In this document: one piece after another, positions 27,900 through 39,992 of the stretch
Layout: the number at the start of each line of letters is the position of its first letter
Numbering within the stretch: the stretch's first letter is position 1
Source of the DNA: Rhynchobatus australiae
Taxonomy: Eukaryota
Length of the DNA stretch: 64,000 nucleotides
Assembly: GCA_034780895.1 (NCBI GenBank)
Contig: JAUZTB010000087.1
Location: 30,095,374 to 30,159,373 of the forward strand
Direction: 5' to 3'
The notes under the pieces: model-generated
What the model was told of the DNA's origin: nothing
The model's input: the letters and a program-made list of their open reading frames with translations, nothing else
Databases searched by the model: none
Translations under genes and position numbers: made by a program

Positions 27900-29390
27900 T
27901 TGTTCTATTTCTCACACAGTCCTTCTCCTCCCACGGGAACAAGGGTAGGGTTCCCCTTATCCTCCACCACACCAGCCTCCAATTCAACAGACCATCCTCC
28001 AACTTGACGCCACCTCCAGACAGCTCTTCACTGAACTCTCATTTCAACATTCAGAAGGGCTGTTCCCTTCTAGACGATGCTTCCATTCCATCGTATCTAC
28101 TCTCCTGCACAGAGCGCCTTCCCATGCAACTGCAGTAGATGTAAACAACAATATTTTAAATTTCATTCCTTGATCTTTCCTGATTCAGTGGCAAGAGGTA
28201 TTCACAAACAAAGGAGGAACTATACAAGTGTTGAAGGTTATAAAAATACTACTTTATTAGGGTTATATAAAAGACTATTAACTACTTCACTAAAATACAG
28301 GAGGAAAGAATACTTATCAACTGATGAACCAATCTAATACAATCTTAGAGCAGGATAAAATGTCGGCACAACATTGTGGGCTGAAGGGCCTGTGCTGTGC
28401 TGTAGTGTTCTACGTAATACTGGAGGGAACCCCAGGTGTCCAACAGCCTGTATAATTTTTTTTCTTTCTCTGTGCCTTGTATCAATCTGTCTCTTAGCAC
28501 TAGTCACAACTCCAACCTAAATTTTCACAAAGAAATATCCCCTTTTTTATCCCCTACCCTAGTACTTTTCCATCTCTCGTGACCTTCAGCCTAGGCACAT
28601 AACTTAAAGACAGAGACAGCAGGTTTTGCAGAGAAACATGTTTTTCACTGTTAACTGCTTTCAAGGCTGTGTACCAGGACTCTGGTACATTCTCAAAACA
28701 TTCCCACATTCCAAGCTGACACCATTTTGTCTTATAACCACCATTTGATGCTGCACAATTTTGCACATACTAAGGAGGAATCGAATACGACTTCTGGAAC
28801 ATTTAATTCTCTTCTTACAAGATGCAAGATCTGCTCTATCACCTTTTCCCTTTTTGTCATCCAGGGACCAAAATATTCCATCCAGTTGAAGATTCAATTG
28901 TACTTCTACCAATTTAGTATATTGCATTCAGTGCTCACAATGTGGTCTCTCATGGGAAAAAACAGACATAGATTGGATGAACACTTTGTAAAATACTGCC
29001 CCTTCAAACCTCAGCATCAAATTCAACAGTTTTCTGACAATCAGCCATTCTAGTTTTGTATTTCACATTTTTGACATTCAGTTTTTTCCTTCCCTCTACG
29101 TCTGGCATTTTCGATTTCATACATCTCCTCCTATTTGCATCCCCTCCGGATAACCTTTGCTATCTTCTTTAAGCCAGTTCCACCAACATGTCATCCAATC
29201 ACACCTTCCCTATCATTCTCACCACACTCCCCCCATTCTTCTGGAACGTTCAACTTATTTCTAACTACTCTCAATTCTAATGAAAGATCTTTGTCCTGAT
29301 CTGGCTTCTCTCTGCAGATGCTGTATGATCTGCTGGTATTTCCAACATTTTGTGTTTTAAATTCAGATTTGCAGGATTTTGCTTTTTATA
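27900..29390 (+). mobile_element. Fragmented Penelope-like element (GIY-YIG remnant and terminus)
   Basis: 'aacaagggtagggttcccctt' at 27.94 kb; 28860-28990 resembles CTSTNLVYCIQCSQCGL...HRLDEHF; terminus at 29270-29370. Confidence 0.65.
28350..28415 (+). mobile_element. Short CR1/HER1-like 3' tail
   Basis: 'ggcacaacattgtgggctgaagggcctgtgctgtgctgtagtgttcta'. Confidence 0.7.
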
Positions 29391-30743
29391 TTTTATGATA
29401 CTCTGGTTTCCATCCTACATCTTTCTTAGAGAAGTGACCTGTTCAATTTTCTAAATTAAAAAAAACGGCTCCCTAATCAAGAGGTGTTGGATAGTGAGGG
29501 CTTCAGTACTTGGGTTGGATCTTGCATATAAAGTAATTGCAAATTCAGGAAATTAAGAGATATGCTGTAAATTGCAAATCTCTAGACTGTATCTTAATTT
29601 ACATCACTCGACATTTACCTTACTCTCTTTATTACATTTAAGAACTTGCCGAGAATTGCACATTATTTGCCCATTAATTGTACCAAAAATAATTAAATCA
29701 GCTAATTAAAATTAAGTACCATTTTAACAATGTGATAATTGCTAATGACTGCCAATCAACCTTCCTCATCCAGAAACTGAATAATTTAAATCTAGAATTT
29801 TATTCTTTCAACTGAAATTGCTCTTGGAGAAAGTTTAAAAATGTTTAACCTCACATGTGATTTTTTTTCTTGTTTTTCCTTTCTCTCTCTTATTATTGAT
29901 CTTTGTTTCTTCCTGGACATTCAAATCCACACTCCTCTTTTGGAGATACACTGCTGAGCCTATTGTTCTTCTCCCTCTGTTCTGCAATCCATTAGGATCA
30001 TGGATTACTGGCTTCTACTCCAGTTCTGAGGCAGCAAATGTAGCCAATGTGGGACCTGCTAACTCTGCCACAAGTCGGGCAAAAGGTGTGTGATGGGATG
30101 GGACAGGTACATGGGTGGGTATTTTAGAAGGAGGTGCACTCCTTCTACCACTTATGCTGGGATTTTGTGTGTTCCCAATGAATGGACTCAAAATTTTCAA
30201 TGGCATCCTGATTGCTTCTTGTCTGTTTTGAGAAGTTATGGGCCAGGGATTCCCATGAGGTGATGAGATGCTATACATTTTTAAGGAGGCTTTAAGAACA
30301 TCTTTTAATCTTTTCTTCCATCCACCTGGTTACCTCTTTCTGTGATGGAGCTCTNNNNNNNNNNNNNNNNNNNNNNNNNNNNNNNNNNNNNNNNNNNNNN
30401 NNNNNNNNNNNNNNNNNNNNNNNNNNNNNNNNNNNNNNNNNNNNNNNNNNNNNNTACCTCTTTCTGTGATGGAGCTCTAGGTGTCAACGATAAGGCTTGC
30501 CCAATGGTACAGACAGAGTATAATGAGGGCATCAGTGCTGGGGATGTTGGCTTTGGACGGGACGCTGAATTTGGTTCATTACCCTGCTGATGAAATATGA
30601 TGATTTTGGGGAAACAATATTGGTGCCATCCCTCCAATGCTTTGAGTTGTTTGCTATAGGATGTCCATTCTCAGAAGCACAGGGTTGCTGCTGCCTAATA
30701 CACCAAGAGATCGGGCGGAGTTTGAAGTGTTGATGTTCAGATA

Positions 30744-31243
30744 TAGGGGGTCCTTGGGTTAAGGAGGTCCTGACTTAAAAAAATCCAATTTTACACAAAT
30801 TCTCCCTGACTCTGGCCTCAGATATAATACTGTAATCTTTTTCACCAGGACAAAGTGCAGAGATCACCCAAAGAAAAAGCTAATGCCTGGTCCAAACTCT
30901 CCTTCGGGTAAGATTAAACATTACAAACCACAAGCCACCTCTCCTTAGTGCATACTTTTATTAAACTCCCCAGTTTTCTCACTGATGAGCAGATCAGCTC
31001 CCCCATCACTCCACCTGAGCTGCATTTCAGACAAACATCAGTCATAGTTCACTTGCTGATAACTCCTATCACCTATGCTGATCTTCCCCAGTCTACTCTC
31101 TGCAAGTCAGTCCCCAAGGGCTCTCAAGGCTGAAGATTTCACATTATGATTTTGGGGGAAATTCTTTGTTTCTAACTTACAGAAAGTTCAGTTTACAGAC
31201 AGTTCTCAGGAACGGAACCCTTGCGTAACCTGGGGACACCCTG
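30744..31243. mobile_element. Tigger/pogo-like non-autonomous DNA transposon (MITE) with a TA target duplication
   Basis: Left end TAGGGGGTCCTTGGGTTAAG versus reverse complement of the right end CAGGGTGTCCCCAGGTTACG; TA at 30742-30743 and 31244-31245. Confidence 0.75.
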
Positions 31244-31429
31244 TAATCTTTTTCTTAAACAGCCAAAAGCTGTGTTTGCACACAGAAGGCAATGGTGAAT
31301 TTCATACCAATGTCGAAATTCATCATAAGTGTTGAATTGTATTCTCGATGCAGACCATGTGCTGAGAGGTGCGAGATGTCGAAAGTGGTCCATGTATTCC
31401 ATGCTCTTTACTTAACAGAAGGTGAAGTT

Positions 31430-31705
31430 GTACAGCAGGAGCGGGGCAGATTTAAAAAGGACCCAAGGGGCAACTCCTTCACACAGACGGTGGCGTGTAT
31501 ACGGAATGAGCCGCTAGAGAAAGTGGTTGAGGCAGGTATAATAACACCATTTAAAAGATATTTGGATAAGTACATGGATAGAAGGGGCTTATAGGGATAT
31601 GAGCCAAATACAGGCAAATGGGACTAGCTTGGTCGGCACCATGGTCAGCATGAACCAGTTGGGCCGAAGGGCCTGTTTCCATACTATACAACTCTATGAC
31701 TCTAT
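31430..31705 (+). mobile_element. CR1/HER1-like LINE 3' end inserted in the RTE element
   Basis: 'RFKKDPRGNSFTQTVACIRNEPLEKVVEAGIITPFKRYLDKYM'; ends in a 'actctatg' tandem tail. Confidence 0.9.
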
Positions 31706-32511
31706 GGCAGACCCATTGTTTTGCAGAGGTCAAAGCCAATTTTCTCATTTGCTTCAATGAACGAGTTGATGATATCCTAAAGCTTGGCCTCTGAATGCGA
31801 GCATCTGCAAGCATCATCCATGTACCAGAGCTTAATGTCGATTGTTGGGGTGACTTTGGTTTTGGAATGGAGGCAATGTAGATTAACCAGTTTCCCATTT
31901 TTCCAGCAGGTTAGTGCAATGAATTTTGTGCAATAATCTACAGTTTCTTTATCCTTCACTTTACACAACCATGACATTTAACATAAAGGTCACAAAACAA
32001 TTTACTCAGTTCCATGCTTCTTGTCTGCCCAAATCTGATCAAACTCTTTCCAGAACATTATGCTTCCGGTCACAATCGTGACCATTTGTCCTTCCTCCAG
32101 CTCTGGAGAACATTTGGCAAATTGACTTCACTTGAATCCCTCTATAATGCAGCTGCATAGAGTGCCTTCAGGAGAAAAGGGAATCACAGGAGCAAATCTG
32201 AAATTTTGGAGGAGGTGTCATGAAAATTGTGAGTAGAGATAGAAATACAAATAGAGATAGAAATACAATTTAAGATCAGAGAGAATAATAGAGATTCAAA
32301 AATTTGAGTTTGGGAGAAAAGGGAGACTTGGTAACAAGGTGGGTGGGATACGAGGCTTTAAATCTCCTGCAAAGCCAAGAGCAACATCAGCAATGAGCTG
32401 AGTGGAAAGAATATCAGTACTGGAATGGGCATTTGAGGTGAGAAAATCTTTGCAACCTTACTCTGGATAAATAGTGAAATGTTTCCTCAGGACAGCATAG
32501 TAGCATAAAGG

Positions 32512-32638
32512 GCAGCAGCACGGTCACATAACGGTTAGCGCAACGCTATTTCAACGCCATTTTTGATTCCCGTTGCTGTCTGTAAGGAGTTTGTACGTTC
32601 TCCTGTGTCTGCGTGGGTTTCCTCCGGGTGCTCCGGTT
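32512..32638 (+). mobile_element. V-SINE (HE1-like) 5' half, cut by a gap
   Basis: tRNA-like head followed by the V-domain 'gagtttgtacgttctcctgtgtctgcgtgggtttcctccgggtgctccggtt'. Confidence 0.85.
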
Positions 32639-32984
32639 NNNNNNNNNNNNNNNNNNNNNNNNNNNNNNNNNNNNNNNNNNNNNNNNNNNNNNNNNNNNNN
32701 NNNNNNNNNNNNNNNNNNNNNNNNNNNNNNNNNNNNNNTTAAATCATGTAATTCTTCCCATATATGATTACTGAGGTAAAGGTAATTAGAAAAGAAATGT
32801 ATTAAATGTTCAAAAAGGAAAGATTTAAAGTGTTTAGAGGTAGCACCACCACTGAAGGTTGAAGCTTCTCACCTCCTCCCTCATTGGTGCAAATCAATGA
32901 AAATGTCCCCTTGACTCTGCTTTCAGTGACAATTTAGAAATGTTGCTGCTATATTGAGTTCAGGATGCTCTGAATGCCCTGAAG

Positions 32985-33240
32985 TACTGAAATCAAAACA
33001 GAAATGCTGGAAAGATTCAGCAGGTCAAAAAATATCTCAACAAGGAGAAACTAAATAAATCTTCTTTGAAATTGAAAATAGGTGGAGATGAAACATTTTA
33101 AACAAGTAAAGAGAGGGGAAAGTTGGGGGGGTGTAATAAAGTACAAAAGGGGCTATTACAGTGTATAAAACTGATCATATTAAATGATAAAAGAAGTGAT
33201 GTCTTTCAGCCAAAGGGATGCTAAAAATGGTAAGAAATAA
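32985..33240 (-). mobile_element. Penelope-like terminus remnant
   Basis: 'aaaacagaaatgctggaaagattcagcaggtca' is the reverse complement of the terminus at 53040-53085. Confidence 0.55.
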
Positions 33241-33249
33241 GAGTGCTCT

Positions 33250-36200
33250 TATCACTTTCACACGGAACGGAAACCCTAAACATTATCCAAAAGGGAATTA
33301 GTTTGGATCATTTAAAAGTGATACCTTTTACGATGCAGGTTTCCAGCTAAAACAATATGAACGGATTAAAGGCTTACTACTAATCGTAGGTACTAGAATA
33401 TTGATTCATTAGACTCTTTATTGGTTGTTAAATGACTGCCTATAACCGATGTTANNNNNNNNNNNNNNNNNNNNNNNNNNNNNNNNNNNNNNNNNNNNNN
33501 NNNNNNNNNNNNNNNNNNNNNNNNNNNNNNNNNNNNNNNNNNNNNNNNNNNNNNATAACCGATGTTATTCTCAGTTACAAAGAAAATCTAAATACTTTGT
33601 TACCAGTGCAAGTTCAAAGAGCTGCCGTTATCTCATGCATTCTACGTCTCCCCACCACACCCCTCCCTTCATTTGGTTCCCTCTCTGTTCGGGGCAGTCA
33701 TGTCGTCCTTGAAAGTTCTCGAACAAACGTTAATGCAGAATCAGTACAAATATATCAACTGCAGTGAAATCAAACTTTATAATGTAAACGCAATTACGTG
33801 CGGACAATTCACGTGTCAGATTGGAGTGTTGAAGGTTCCAGGACNNNNNNNNNNCTGTCCCCAGGTTGAGCTGACATCTCCAATTCAAAGTAATTGGCGA
33901 AGTATCTCCAGTTTTCTCGCAACGGTAACACATCAACCCGAGAACAGTGCTGCATAACACGAGTGTCAAAATGAACGGAAAGGAACTCTTACCGAAGCGC
34001 ATTGCTCTCTCGCTTCTGACTATCATAGATTGAGCATACGTTATTTTGCTACAGTCAACGTGTATCCCTCCTATGCTTGCAGAAATTATTAAGGCATTCC
34101 ACCTCTGTCACCGTTTATGATTAGTCTTCCCGTTTTTTGTTTAAGGCCGTTAGCGAGTTTTTTTTTTGTACCTTACACTTGTAGCGAGCTTTGCATACTA
34201 TTGGTTGCGGAGAGTCCGATCTGCTTTTGGATGGGAGGCATGGACTGGTCATAAATGTTGCAATCTTCTCCAGCAGGAAGGGCGCTAAACTAAGTGAACC
34301 AGTGCACATGGAGTGGTATAATGGAGAAAAAGTAGATAATACAAATTAGCTAACGAAACAAAACATTCAAATCTTGCAACGATGAGTAAAATAATGCAAT
34401 ACATAAAATATATATTCTAACATTTACCAAATCAAGTTAACATTCAAAAGTGGAAGGACGTAGGAAAGCAAAATTACACTGTGAATTAGACTTTATACGT
34501 GCATTTTATATTCCTGTAAAGTTGTATTATAATTATCAACAATAATAATTCTGCTATACAAGAACATTTTGGTATTCGAGGTTAGCAAACGTTTTTAATA
34601 GTAATCACTGATGGTTAATCTTTAAAACTGCTGACAAGGATTCTTGCTCTTCACTAGATTAACAATGCCAGCTAAAGTGATAGCTCAGATATTTGAGAAA
34701 TAAACAGTTTGTAGATGTTCAGCACCATCAATTTTGATTCATCCTTCGCATTTTAGTGTCCTATTGATACCGCCGGAGGTCCTCAAAAGTGACCGGTAAC
34801 TGAACATGTACATCATTAGTTATTGATTTCAATCAAAAGCTAATTCTTTTACATAGCCGACTGCAAGTAATGCAATATATAAAGGTAAATATGTCTACGG
34901 TGGTTGATTACGGGTGATAATAAATTCAAACCTTCAGGAGACCCTACAGCTGAACCCGAAGTGCCCGCCAGTTTTACAGAACAGACCGAATTCGGTGTGT
35001 GGGTCAGCTCCCGACTCCCCAAGAATCGCTGCAGTCCTCGTTAGCTCTGAGCAGGTTTTGGATGACGGGTTGAAAAGGCTTGGTCCGGATATATTTAGTT
35101 TATCATTGAGTAGTCTGGAGAAGAGGGTGCTCCTCCGAATCCCTCAAAAAAAAATCTGGGCTACCACCAATGCCTTCATTTCCATCCTTAACTATCTTTA
35201 CGGCGACAAAAAAAGCCACTGTTATAATCCTTGATTCACCAAAACGTCAGAGCTCCCCGTCAGAAGTAAATGAGACCGAGCAGCAAAATTATGGCCATCT
35301 CTGCCGCGACAGAAAGCGGCCGGAAAATAATTGTGCGTTCCGATGATTCACTATCGCCAATTTAGTAGGAATACAGCTTGTTATACTTGCACCGAACGAT
35401 TTCTTTATGCAAAACACACGGGTTAAAGCAACCCGGTTCCCATTTTGGGGTGAATGTCCATGTTATATATTAATTTTAGAACAACAAATCCCTGGCGGAC
35501 CCCAATTTAGTGAACAGTTTAGATAACCTAATAGAAATCCCACGATGCTGCCTGATGCAATGTTAAATGCAGCTCCTTTCTCTTAAATACAGATGAAATG
35601 TATGAAAGTACACGTTTCCTTTGGTGAGGGGGAAACCCTTTGGCAAACTGGTTACTTTAATAGATTTTCTAGTTATCGCCCAGTTACATATACCATTCCG
35701 AAATCTGCGAATAATTTAACCTTTTTTTGATGGATGAGATAAACAACAGCGTGTTCATTCAGAATACCCGCTCATGTGTGACTCTTTCACTACCAAGTAT
35801 TTTCCTGCGCTGGCGTTTTATTTGTATCTCCTCCCACCCCACCCCGCTATCCCCAATTTCAATTTAACATACTGCAGCATTCCTGACGAGCCATCTATCC
35901 CTTGACACAGTAACAAAAAAAATATGTTATACCTTCTACGGTATTTAATGTGCCTTGGTATACATAGACAAATAATTAAAGTTGAGGTTGTGTTGTTCCC
36001 ATTGATTTGTACTGCATAGGAATTTTATAGTTATTCCTTACTAAAGCATTTACCGTAAGATCACAAGTCATTGTAACGCTGCAAGCTTCTTGTTCATGGG
36101 GCATAAAATAACCGATATTGTTTGAATCGAAAGTAGCAAAATAAACTCTAAAATCGACATTAACAGCCTGTCTTGGATCAAAATCACGCTCAATTACATC

Positions 36201-38000
36201 ATATTTAAATGGAACAGAATTAAAATGATACCGAGGTTGAAGACCAAACAGACATTTAAAATAAAAATCCGTTTTTTGTTTTCCCCGGCTTATCGACATG
36301 GTTCTTTGAAGCTGCGGTCCAGCTTCGTCTAATTTCAGGACGTTATGCAATTCCCAGCGGCCGAATGTATGGCCGCTCACAGGTGCCGAGGCCGGAGCCG
36401 CTGCCGCCCCCGCTGCCCTGCTCTCGGGGGCCGGGCTCTCTGTCCGAGCCGCAATGTGACCAGGCTCGGCTAGCGCCCGCTCATTACCACTATTGCACTG
36501 AGTGAAAAACAAAAAATATCCACAAGATGGAGTCAAGCGAGGAAAAGAGATTCAAAATGGACAAAAATTGGCTGAAAAAAATGATCGTAAGCACTTGGGC
36601 CAGTCTGGGTTTACAGCTCAGCACGGGTCTACCTCCTTCCTTGTGTTGTAGGATTGTGACCTAAAATGACCAGGAATACTGTTCCTCGCGGGATGGACAG
36701 ATTTTGTGAACACCGATTTCATTTATAGTTGTCATTTTATTTGTCCGAAACCGTACGTAATCNNNNNNNNNNNNNNNNNNNNNNNNNNNNNNNNNNNNNN
36801 NNNNNNNNNNNNNNNNNNNNNNNNNNNNNNNNNNNNNNNNNNNNNNNNNNNNNNNNNNNNNNCCAGCACCGCTGGACTTGAAAGATTAGTGGCACCAGCA
36901 ACAGCGGGTTGAAAGGATATTCACAGTCACTTTAAAAGCGGATTTACCTGCAAAACAAACGTTTATGCTACGTTGAAAACATCGCGCAATTCTGTAAACC
37001 ACAGTCTGCATAAAACTTACGTCTGTTACTTTTGTTCTCGAATGCATTCGAGCAACGTCGATTGACAAGAGCGGTTTTCAGATCCGTTTAAATTCCCAGT
37101 CAGGTCTAACGTTAATTTTGGAGCAGCGTCATAATATCGTTGTTGCGAAAGGAACATCCTGGGTTGCAAATGGTTAAAGTGTAACCTTCATTGGTAAATT
37201 ATTTTCATTTCATTCCGGGTTCTTCATTTTAAGGAGAGTTTAGAAACCTTGGCTACGATTCAGTCGATGCTCATATCGTATGGATTTGGTTGTAAACAAA
37301 GTCTTTCGCACGTCAGATTTGTAATGAATGATTGGGCAACATCTGATTGAAAAGGTAGAAATACAAAGGATAAAAATAAACTCTGGCACATAAAACCCCA
37401 GGTATATTTTGCAGCGTAGTGCGAATCAGAGAGCTTGGACGTTTAAAAGGTGGTATTCTCCAACGGAAACATCCTTGGAAGTACATGACATGTCAAATAT
37501 GCGTCTTTGGGTCACATGGCATGTGTAGATGCTCCANNNNNNNNNNNNNNNNNNNNNNNNNNNNNNNNNNNNNNNNNNNNNNNNNNNNNNNNNNNNNNNN
37601 NNNNNNNNNNNNNNNNNNNNNNNNNNNNNNNNNNNNAGATGCTCCAGCTTTCATGAAACTTTGGTCTTAGTTCAGTACCTCTATTTGCGATTTCGCGTCA
37701 GGAGCTACTCGATAAGAAATTCCAAGAAGCAGCCCAAAGAAAACCAACGACCGAACGGCGCGCCAGGTGTTAACAGCGGGAACCGGAGGCGAAAGGAACT
37801 AATTTTTACATTGAAATCGCATTGATTAGTAACAGTAATTCTGGCGATTCTCAAATTTCGGCTGCTAGAACTTCACTTGTCAAGATCAGTTCACAAACTG
37901 AGCTGAACTAAACTGAGAAATCACATAAAGAGCAATGGGTTCAGTCTATAGGCTACTTTTCACAGGGCGCATCAGACGCAGCGCATATATTCCTAAACAG
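33250..38000. promoter_or_regulatory. CpG-retaining, repeat-poor domain (likely germline-hypomethylated)
   Basis: CG dinucleotides are visibly frequent despite AT-rich composition, unlike the flanks; no recognisable transposon inside. Confidence 0.6.
36345..36490. promoter_or_regulatory. Small GC-rich CpG-island core
   Basis: 'gccgaggccggagccgctgccgcccccgctgccctgctctcgggggccggg' is the most GC-rich stretch in the window. Confidence 0.65.
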
Positions 38001-38244
38001 TCTCCTGGCTTGGGCTCAAAGGTCACAATGATCACAAGATGATAGAAATGACAAGACTCTGGGGAGGTCTTGTGGATGTGCTGTGATCTCTACTTTGCCA
38101 TCTCATTCTTCTTAGACAACTTTGTTTAAAACATCGAAAAAGAGATATTTTGTATTTTAAATTATGTTATCAACATTACCTTAATAACTGTGGCAGTAAA
38201 GCATACCATAACATAATGACGTTCAGTCCAAGAATGTAATTCTG

Positions 38245-38930
38245 TCTAGAAAAGTGTGAAGTAATGCACCTTGTGAAGGCAAGAAATTGCGTGTAAAATA
38301 GATTCTTTAAAGCACAGAGAAAACTTTTACATTTCTATAGATCCCTGAAGGCACAAGATAGATTAGATAAGGCGGTTAAGAAGGTACATAACATACTTGC
38401 CTTTTGTGAACAAGGTTTAGAATACAAATTAGGGGAGGCCATGTTAGAACTGTATTAAACACTAAGTAGGCCACAGCCACAGTGCTGTGAACAGTCTAGT
38501 TAGCACACCACAGGAAGTATGTGAAAGCACCAGAGAGGGTGCAGAGAAGATCTGAAGATGTTGCTAGGATTTGAGATTTATATTTAGATGAGGGAGATTG
38601 CAAAGCTGAACTTATTTTCTTTAGAACAAAGGAAAGAATTTAAAATAAATGGTAGAATTTTGAGAGGTCTGGACAGTGAACAGAAATGATCTGTTTTACT
38701 TAGCAGAAAAGACAATAACTAGGGAGCTTAGAGTTAAATTAAATGGTAGAAGAATGCAAGGGGGATTTAAAAAAACTCAATCAGTAGTGGGGTCTGAACT
38801 TACTCCTTGAAAAAAGTGGTGAGACAGAAACCCTCACTGCGTGGATGAGCATTTGCTATGGAACAAGAGATGGGAGGTGGTATTAACCTAAAGTCCATAT
38901 TGATCAGAATGGTCTCTGTGCTATGAATCT
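38245..38930 (+). mobile_element. Decayed CR1 LINE 3' part
   Basis: 'aagtgtgaagtaatgcac' (KCEVMH) and 'gagagggtgcagagaaga' (ERVQRR) motifs. Confidence 0.8.
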
Positions 38931-39600
38931 CTCGGAAGAACATTCCTTCTCTCTTCCCCTTTGATTCTTCTAGCTCAACTCCTTTGTTATATGTTCCTCA
39001 TTCCATCACAATTAAGTCCTCACATTTCACTCACCCCTTTGTTCTTGTGCTCCTCTCTTGCTTCCATTGGGAATGCTTCCATTTATCCCTTTGCTCTGTT
39101 GTTGTGCCTGGATCTTCAGGAAATACTGCTCACAAGCACCCAACCCCATTCTCCTGTCTTCCTTTTTCTATTGGATCTATTTATGGGGAATGAACCAGAG
39201 CAGGTAAGAGCAGTAAAGTAAAACATCTAGCTAAGTGTGTATAATACAGTTCTTTGAGAATAATTGATAAGGACATAAGTATGACAAAGACCAGATTGGA
39301 AAAAGTTTCATTTGAAGAGTTTAGAATAGATTATGTAAAATAAACAAAAATATTGACAAACAATGTAAAACAGCAATGGGAAACTTTTCAAATAGTGTTC
39401 ATAGATTTTTTAAAAAATTCTGTTGATAAACAAGAACAAACCAGTGGGAGACAAAGAATGAAGAAAAGCACAAGGGTTAAACAATGTAAATTAAAGATCA
39501 AACACCAAGTAGATGGACAACATGGATCAGTATGGCAAGAGAGAAGTGATAAAAAAAAGGTATCAACAGGAACTATAAAATTAAAATATTAAGGAACATA

Positions 39601-39992
39601 AGGGAACAGTAACATAATAGTTAAGTTACTGGTCTAACAGCCAGAATTCTGGACTGTTGATCCAGTGACACGAGTTCAAACCCCACCGCAACAGCTGGGG
39701 CATTTAAATTCACGTAAATAAATAAAATCTGGAATTTAGATAAGTTAGTTCAGTAATAGTAACCATAAAACTATTGGATTGTCATAAAACAAAGCCACCT
39801 GGTTCACTCATGTTCTTCAGGAAGGAAATCCGCTGTTCTTTTTCACCTTTATGAGACCAGACCCACCCACATGGTTGGCTTCTGTCTCTTCATTTTAGGG
39901 GGCACTAAGGGGTGGACAATAAATGCCACAAGGACTGTGTGTGTGGCTCAAACATTTTCAACTGTCAGTGATATCCACAACCCATGAATAAA
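39601..39992 (+). mobile_element. tRNA-derived SINE with a probable target-site duplication
   Basis: B-box-like 'gagttcaaaccc'; tail 'ggtggacaataaatgcc...cccatgaataaa'; TAAGGAACA repeated at 39590 and 39993. Confidence 0.8.

Larger units (their letters stand above)
29960..32230 (-). mobile_element. RTE-clade LINE, decayed and interrupted twice
   Basis: 'WYMDDACRCSHSEAKL' (YADD motif), 'EIHHCLLCANTAFGCLRKR', and a C-terminal CPTCGR..SHIG zinc-finger-like remnant near 30.05 kb. Confidence 0.8.

Noticed and set aside
32234-32268. Short two-copy tandem repeats (also 47139-47179)
   Set aside because: Simple slippage duplications with no spacers; not CRISPR-like.
34717-34740. REST/RE1 half-site TTCAGCACC
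   Set aside because: The GGACAG right half is missing.
35976-36536. 186-aa minus-strand ORF over the GC core
   Set aside because: Non-ATG start, no recognisable domain, and a composition that simply tracks local GC.
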